A stretch of 64,000 bases of DNA from Bugula neritina (Eukaryota > Animalia > Bryozoa): assembly GCA_964035545.1 (NCBI GenBank), contig CAXIUT010000078.1:1-64000 (forward strand). The letters are read 5' to 3'. The translations under genes and the position numbers were made by a program. The notes beneath the pieces are model-generated. The model was not told where the DNA came from, searched no databases, and saw only the letters and a list, made by a program, of their open reading frames with translations. Positions 56,010 to 64,000 of the stretch are shown here, piece by piece (the first letter of the stretch is position 1; each line of letters opens with the position of its first letter).

Positions 56010-57774
56010 ATGTTTCTGGAGAAGTACAAAAACAAACGCAGGCTTGGTAAAGGTGCTTATGGAGATGTTTACCTCGTGGAAGATGAGAAAGGTGCTCAGT
56101 ACGCTCTAAAGCTCATTTCAGTCAAAATGATAGAAGCTGAGCCTCATCTTAGAGAGTATCTTTAAGGCTAAATTGATTGCATGAAAAGCATGGATTCACC
56201 CTATATCATCAAACTTTATGATGATATTGAAGACTAAACATACATCCACCTTGTCTTGGAGTACTGTGATGGAGGAGATTTAGTAAACTACCAGGCTAAG
56301 TTGAAAGATAAAGTTTTCACTCTTGATAGAGCCACAGAAGTTCTTGCTGAAGTGATCAAAGGATTAGAAACTCTTCACTAGAAAGGCTATCTTCATAGAG
56401 ATATTAAATCTCAGAATGTTCTCATTAAGAATTAAGGAGGAAAAGAGGTATTTATGTTGTTATTCAGGTTTATAAATTAGCAGATTTTGGATTTAGCAAA
56501 AAGAAAACTGACATCGGAGGGACAGTCCTTGGAACTGAACAATTCATGTCTCCAGAGATTTTTTCAGGTAATGAAACCACCTTTTATGGCTTTTAGGTTG
56601 ATATGTGGGCTTTCGGAGTTCTCTTCTATTTCATGCTAAACATGGAATTTCCCTTTAGTATTTATCTTTTAATGAAGAAATGAACCCACATTGGCCTCCA
56701 GAAAGAAAAGAAGTCTAACTTAAAAAGTTAGCTACTAAATTTAGTTATAAAGGAGCTGCCAAAGGAACAAAAAAGCAAAAATTGGAGAATTGTACAAACT
56801 AAATTGAAGATTTGTTTCAGAAAATGTTTGAATTAGATCCAGATGAAAGAATTACCTTTTCTGACATTAGAAAACATCCAGTCTTTTCAAAGCATTTCCC
56901 TATAGTACAAGAAGCTTCAAAAATTCTTTACAGCAAGAAATTTCAACCTAGTAAAATTGTAAAGAAGACTGATAAGAAACCATAAAAGAAAGCAATGGAG
57001 TAGGAAGACAATATTAGACAAACAATGAGCATTATCCGCAAGAAAGATAAAAGTTTTCCAGCTGAAAAATAAATTCTTTAACGAAAAAAAGACGAAATTG
57101 ATTTCCTTAGAGATAATTCTGAGTTCTTCATTGATTGTGGAGATATTCTTAAAACACCTGAAAAACTTATGATATCATACAATACTTTGAAATACTACAT
57201 TGTTCTCCTCAGGAAGTTTAAAGTTGAGCTTAATCCAGAAATTTTAGGAAAACTATATCCTAATCACAAGTGGCTTGAGTATTCAAAGACTAGATAATTC
57301 AAGGATTTGATGGCAGAAGTAGTTAACGATCTAAGTCAAAACTAATTGAAATTTTCTAACATCTATGATCAATGTTAAGGTTATCTTAATGAAATAGCCG
57401 AAATAAACTCTAAGTTTAAAGCAGCTTTTAATCATGATATCGAAGAAAAATAATTTGAACACGAATTCAAGGATAGCTATCGTAAGTCAACTATCTATAT
57501 ATTTGGAGTTCTAAGAGAAACTCTCAAAAGTAAAAATAAGAAAGGAAACAAGCTCAATTATATTCTATCACTAGTTGTGATATCTCATGCATTCAATAAC
57601 ATTTTCTCAGATCTAGAGAGTCTTAGTGTGATTTTCCAGGACTACTTAGGAGAGCGAAAGCAAAATGTTGAAAAAATTGATTACACTGACCTACGAAACT
57701 GGATGTCTAAAAGCAATGAAAAGGTTCTCAACAACATTGCCAAGTCAATCATCAAAATATACTTTGCAGCATGA
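56010..57774 (+). CDS. Ser/Thr kinase, tandem paralog B
   Basis: GKGAYG, HRDIKSQN, DFG, DMWAFG; 20-nt introns 56448-56467 and 56658-56677 at the same positions as in paralog A; shared C-terminal SYRKST. Confidence 0.9.
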
Positions 57775-57901
57775 TACATCATCAAATCATTGATTAACCT
57801 TCTATAAATATTTATCTGATATGAAATTAAAGATAGAACAAGTTCATCCTATTAATGAATAAAATAATAAAAGAAGATATTCAGAATATTAATCATTATA
57901 G

Positions 57902-58147
57902 TCAGCTTCTTAATTTTAAATAGGGTTAGACTATCTAATGACTTCTAGTTGAACTACCAGAATCTTTATTTATCACAAAGAACCAAAGTATGATAAAGAT
58001 AACTCCTAGAAGAATGATGACCAAAGTAGTGATAAGAAAGACTGCTAAAGTACTATTTCTTTAACAAGTCAAGCAGCATCTCTTGTAGCAAGAAATTTAT
58101 TCTTCTTAGATCGGCGGACCAGCCACATATTCTTATTCAAAACACAT
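57902..58147 (-). CDS. Small Cys-rich single-pass membrane protein
   Basis: CYKRCCLTC followed by hydrophobic SLLITTLVIILLGVIFIILWFFVI; needs one indel. Confidence 0.5.
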
Positions 58148-58223
58148 AATTATATTAATTAGTCCAATATCTTTTATTCTCTATTACAATTATTTAAATA
58201 TTTGATTCTAATTAAAGTTATAA

Positions 58224-58316
58224 GGGGTTGGGGTTGGGGTTGGGGTTGGGGTTGGGGTTGGGGTTGGGGTTGGGGTTGGGGTTGGGGTTGGGGTTGGGGT
58301 TGGGGTTGGGGTTGGG
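58224..58316 (+). repeat. Internal (GGGGTT)n telomeric tract 4
   Basis: Perfect 93-nt G4T2. Confidence 0.97.
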
Positions 58317-58891
58317 ACTTTATCAAACGAACTTAACCTCCTAGAGAGTTAGTTGCCAAGTTCAATACTCACATCGACAAGTTAGAAGACCAGGTTAAAC
58401 AATTTAACTCTACATAAAGCAAATTACAAATCAGAATGGCAAAACATTCCGATCAAAACAGAACCTCTCAGTCATTTAGACTCAAAGCTCTTACTCAACC
58501 TAAGTATCAGGACTTATTACTGAACTGTTAACTGCCTAAAAATGAAAAAAACAAAGAAAATAAATGCAAACTGAATCGCAACATTTCAACCAAAAGTGGA
58601 AAAGAGTACAGGAACTCAGCCCTAACATCGAGCACAACCAGTTTGTTTGGTTTCAGATCGAAAGCTTAAAGTAAGGTAGCCCAAAGTAGACTAGCAAATG
58701 CTACTCAGTCTAAAATAAAAGATCAAAATGACCTCAAATCAACAATGATTCGAACCACAGTTAACCAAATTAACAACTCATCCATAGTGATCAATGTTTT
58801 ACCTAACTAAGCTATGGTTTAAAGTGTAGTATTTCCTAATAGAAGTTTAACATAAAAGTTAATTTAAATTAATTTTTAAAATGTAAAATGA
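58317..58891 (+). pseudogene. 5'-truncated inverted duplicate of the 24552-25391 gene
   Basis: 58335-58850 is a near-identical reverse complement of about 24827-25342; the ATG region is missing where the tract sits. Confidence 0.7.
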
Positions 58892-58926
58892 TAGTTGATG
58901 ATTATTTAATTAAAAAGAATGAAACA

Positions 58927-59584
58927 TCAGCAGCATTTATTTTATTTGTTTTTTTCCGGTTTATCTTTGTTTCCAAGTTTTTTAGGTTCTTGATGTTCAG
59001 CAGGTGTCTGCATTTGATTTGTTTATTTTTTAGATCTTTCTCTTAAGACTTTGCTTACTATGGTTTCAAATACCAATTGAATATTGGCAGAGTTGAAAGC
59101 TGAACATTCTATATAATCTAGCTTATTCTTTTTAGCAAAATTAAAGGCTTCATCTTCTGATACTTTTCTCTACTTAACCTTGTCATTTTTATTTCCTATC
59201 AAAATGACTGATGATTGTAAGTTGCCATGTCTTTCAAGTTCTTATAGCCAAAAGGAAACATTTTAGAGAGACTCTTTATTGGTAAGATCAAATACGACAA
59301 GAATTCCATGAGCTCCTCTACTTAAATTAATAAATACTTGTAGTAATTGGCGGTAATAGTGCGAAAGCGTTCTTGTCCAGCTGTATCCCAGATTTGAAGT
59401 TTACATTTATTACCTTCAACGAATATAGTTTTAGTTTTCTATGTCAAGAATATTGTACGAAGTCGACTCCAATGGTATTGTAGAAGGCTTCTGTAAATTT
59501 ATTTTAACAGAAACGAGATAAGATACAGGATTTACCTACCCCTGAGTCTCCTATTATGAGTAATTTCAAAAATTCATCTGACAT
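58927..59584 (-). CDS. Rab GTPase (Rab1/Rab8-like)
   Basis: [33 protein letters not shown]-terminal CC; 20-nt introns 59439-59458 and 59318-59337. Confidence 0.93.
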
Positions 59585-59728
59585 TTTAATCTATCAGTCA
59601 AAAAAAATTATTATTTATCAACTTTACGATTATCAAATTGAATATAAAAAATAAACTTTTGATTAAATAATTTATCAATCTAAGAATTATTGATTATCCT
59701 AAAGATATAATTGTTCTATAAATTAGCA

Positions 59729-60378
59729 ATGACTTCTACCTTTCTTGAAAAATTTCAAGGAAAAATGAATGTAGTTTCTAGACAAGGTTTTTAAAGTCTT
59801 CTCAAAGAATCTCAGAGTTGTCAAATTCAACCTCATACAAAGTACTTTGATAAAACAAAACGAATCATACACTTTGATGGAAGACTATCAAAACAAAAAA
59901 TAGCAAGAGATACTTCATCATCTATTTCTGAGGAAACATTCCAGCTTCCTTCTTTAGGAGATCGTTATCTTTCATCTGAAAAGAAAAACTAAGCTCATAA
60001 ACATAAGAAGGTATCTGAATATATTGATAAGGAGACAAAATGGAGAATAGAAAAACCTTATAAAGAATCAGAATCCATGTTATCAGAGATTAAACAGTAA
60101 GTTAGAGAATAACAAGAATCTGAAAAAGAGAACAAAAGAACTATTTTTAAAGAAGAAGTTAAAAGCTTCAAGAAATAACCTTCTTTTTTTAAATCAACTA
60201 AATTAGGAGGTTTAGGAGCAAATATAGGAGGTTAAGAGTGGATCATTAAACGGAATAAACAAGAAAAAGCCAAGGTATTTTTTTTATTATGTAGAACTAC
60301 TCCAAAAAATTAAGAAAAAATCATTTAGAAAAAATGAGGGAGTAGAAAGTATTCGATTAAACAAACATAAACTATTGA
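59729..60378 (+). CDS. Hypothetical protein with Jhy-like LGGLG motif
   Basis: KLGGLGANIGGEEW..KRNKQEKAKNYS; 20-nt intron 60275-60294. Confidence 0.55.
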
Positions 60379-60428
60379 AAACAGATAGAAATTTCAATGA
60401 TTGAGTTATCATAATTTTTAATATTAAA

Positions 60429-60902
60429 ATGGCTCTTGAAAGACTGATCCTCTCCATGAAAAGGGATCATATTGATAAGAAATGTTTTGATCATTTCGAC
60501 TACATTGAAACTTTGGAACAACTATCAGAATTATAATTACTAAATCATCCTCGCAAGCGAAAAGTTGTTCAGGAATTTGTATCGAAATGTTTGATTAAGC
60601 TTGAGTAGGAAGAGAAAAAAAATGAAAAGAAAGAGAAAGTCTTGAATTTTTTGGAAAGAGTTAAGATTTACGAATAAAGAAAAGAAGAAAAGCTTTAAGC
60701 TCTAAGATTTTTGGAATAGAAGTATGATAGCAAGTGTGGACAGCTCAAATTTTATCCGAAAATATAGAAGCAAAAAGCTACCCAAGTCAATCGCTTTTGG
60801 AAAGATATAGATGGTTATTAAAATGTTCCCGCAGAATAATCTATCCAAGCTCCCAACGAATCATTTTTGGAAGATCATTCTAACTATCCTTCTTTACATT
60901 GA
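60429..60902 (+). CDS. Hypothetical protein
   Basis: Intact 158-codon frame. Confidence 0.55.
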
Positions 60903-61049
60903 TTATTGATTCCTTATTGTTCCTATATATTTTTTTAACAAATAGATTTGTTTATTTATTAAAAATGATTAACAATAGTCAAAGATGAATCTAAAAAAAT
61001 GACTGAAAATTGGTTAGTTTAAAATCATTGAATACTATAGATTTGAGAT

Positions 61050-61122
61050 GTTCAATTGGTGTAGTGGTTATCACGTCTGCCTAACACGCAGACGGTCCCA
61101 GGTTCGATCCCTGGATTGAACA
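61050..61122 (+). tRNA. trnV: tRNA-Val(AAC)
   Basis: Full cloverleaf: GTTCAAT/ATTGAAC acceptor stem, TCTGC-CTAACAC-GCAGA anticodon arm, CCAGG-TTCGATC-CCTGG T arm, followed by T6. Confidence 0.96.
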
Positions 61123-61270
61123 TTTTTTAACAATAATTCTTTTAAGAAATATATTTTTTCTACATTCCTTGTTAATGAAGAAATTTTTATGTATTATCAT
61201 TTATAGCAAGCTCCTACTTTTCTAATATGGCTATTATTGATAAAATGATTAAAGATATCGATTATAAAAA

Positions 61271-62626
<1,356 letters not shown>

Positions 62627-62642
62627 TTAATTGTCAACTTTA

Positions 62643-62695
62643 AAGGATTGTATTTCCTTGGAAAGGAGGTTCGATTCCTTCTTCTTCCCTTTTTT
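62643..62695 (+). other. tRNA-like 3' fragment (GTA anticodon arm, T arm, 3' acceptor strand, T6)
   Basis: AAGGA-TTGTATT-TCCTT, GGAAA, GGAGG-TTCGATT-CCTTC, TTCTTCC-C, TTTTTT at canonical spacing; no 5' acceptor strand or D arm. Confidence 0.6.
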
Positions 62696-63281
62696 ATAAA
62701 AATGAAAGAATATATAATATTTTTGAATCTTTTCTTAAAGAATGCAATCAATAACAAATCAATAATTATCTTTAAAATAGATAACTATCTTCCATAAAAA
62801 TAGACCATTCATTAGAACCTTCTTTGACGATCTTTCTGGAAAGAGAAACTTCTTTTTAGATCGTTTTAATGTCTCAATAATTGATTCAAAATAACTTGAT
62901 AATAAATATTCACATAATAATAATCACGAAAAAAATGATTAAGAAGAAACAATTGAAGGGAAACTGGCAAGTATTTTCAATTGATATTTTTTTATTATTA
63001 AAGAATATTATCTAATAAAATATATTATAATCGAACTAAACTATTTTTTAATAATAGTAGAATATAAGTATTTAAAGAAATAATTTGTAAAATGAATTAA
63101 AATATTGATAAATTAGAGTCTAAAAATGATTTTTTTATAAAATTTTAACTTAAAAAATTTTTCTTGAAAAATAGATTCTTTGAGTAAATAACAATCTTAA
63201 TGCTTTTAAAATAAAGTGTTTTGAAATAAATTATAATCTAAACATTGATTTTTTATTTTAATAAAAAATAAAATTAGCAAT

Positions 63282-64000
63282 ATGTTATCTAAAACACATA
63301 AGCATACAAAATCAACCAGTTGCAATTCAATCAAAAAATAAATAACTGAATCTCAAAGACTGTAGATGATCAAAAATCCATCAGATAGTTCTTTTATTCC
63401 ATTTTGTTCAGAAAGGAGATTGGGAAAGTTAATATCTGATCGACCTATCCCTAAGCCTTCAAAAGAATTAAATAATGAACAGCTTATTGAGAAAATTAAT
63501 TTTAGAAATTTTAGTAAGGTATATCAAGTTATCATGAATGTTTAAAAAAAAAGATACTCCTAACTTACAAGAGGTAAATCTAGAATTAGATAGTTTCTGG
63601 ACAAAAAGATCTTATCAATAATTAATGGAAAATTAAATCTATTTCGCTTCCCAAACCTAAACAACCTCAATTAGCAACCATGAAATCAGCATAATTATCT
63701 TTTGAATGCTTATAAAAGAAGAATAATCGATTCGATAAGATGAATACAGAATTATTTAAAAAGATTAACTCAGTATAATAGCCAAAAAATAACCCTTAGT
63801 TTCAAGAAATGTATCAGAACTTTGTTAAAGTTAGCTCACTAAATGAAAATATAAAGAGAGTATAAATGACAACTAAATCTAAATTCATACGTCCCTGAAT
63901 ATTCACTTGATGATTTTATATTGTCCGTTACTTTATTTTCTTCATTTAAAATAAAATGTTTTTAGAAAATTAAGAAGAAATATTAAAAATAATCACAAGG
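63282..64000 (+). CDS. Hypothetical protein, probably continuing past the window end
   Basis: ATG after about 590 nt of AT-rich spacer, coding-like frame. Confidence 0.45.

Noticed and set aside
62696-62740. Permuted tRNA with its 5' half downstream (GAAAGAA near 62704)
   Set aside because: Only 6 of 7 pairs in AT-rich sequence, no D-loop GG, and it lies beyond the T6 terminator

Overview
Gene-dense, very AT-rich eukaryotic DNA that looks like ciliate macronuclear sequence. It begins with a (CCCCAA)n telomere, and TAA and TAG both encode Glu with only TGA as stop (NCBI table 30, 'peritrich' code), so the supplied standard-code ORF track is heavily fragmented. About 40 genes are recoverable, including mitochondrial Hsp70, clathrin light chain, cytochrome c1, Ran, pectinacetylesterase, serine racemase-like enzyme, UNC-93 and SV2-type MFS transporters, a CK1 pseudokinase, Wee1, IQCH, RNase T2, QTRT1, SAS-4/CENP-J, Nup98, a BEACH protein, an SPX-EXS protein, two tandem kinases, a Rab, alpha-tubulin and tRNA-Val(AAC). 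Most notable: (1) introns are almost all exactly 20 nt, of the form GTA-N11-A-N3-AG, with an invariant A at -6; (2) a putatively lipid-anchored TPR protein carries a C-terminal RelA/SpoT-like nucleotidyltransferase domain, close to a TPR-glycosyltransferase fusion; (3) four internal G4T2 telomere tracts share orientation and phase, and two of them replace gene termini; (4) a 5'-less tRNA-Tyr-like structure sits in the alpha-tubulin promoter. Many single-base frameshifts lie in homopolymers and are treated as consensus errors. Ends of hypothetical genes are approximate.
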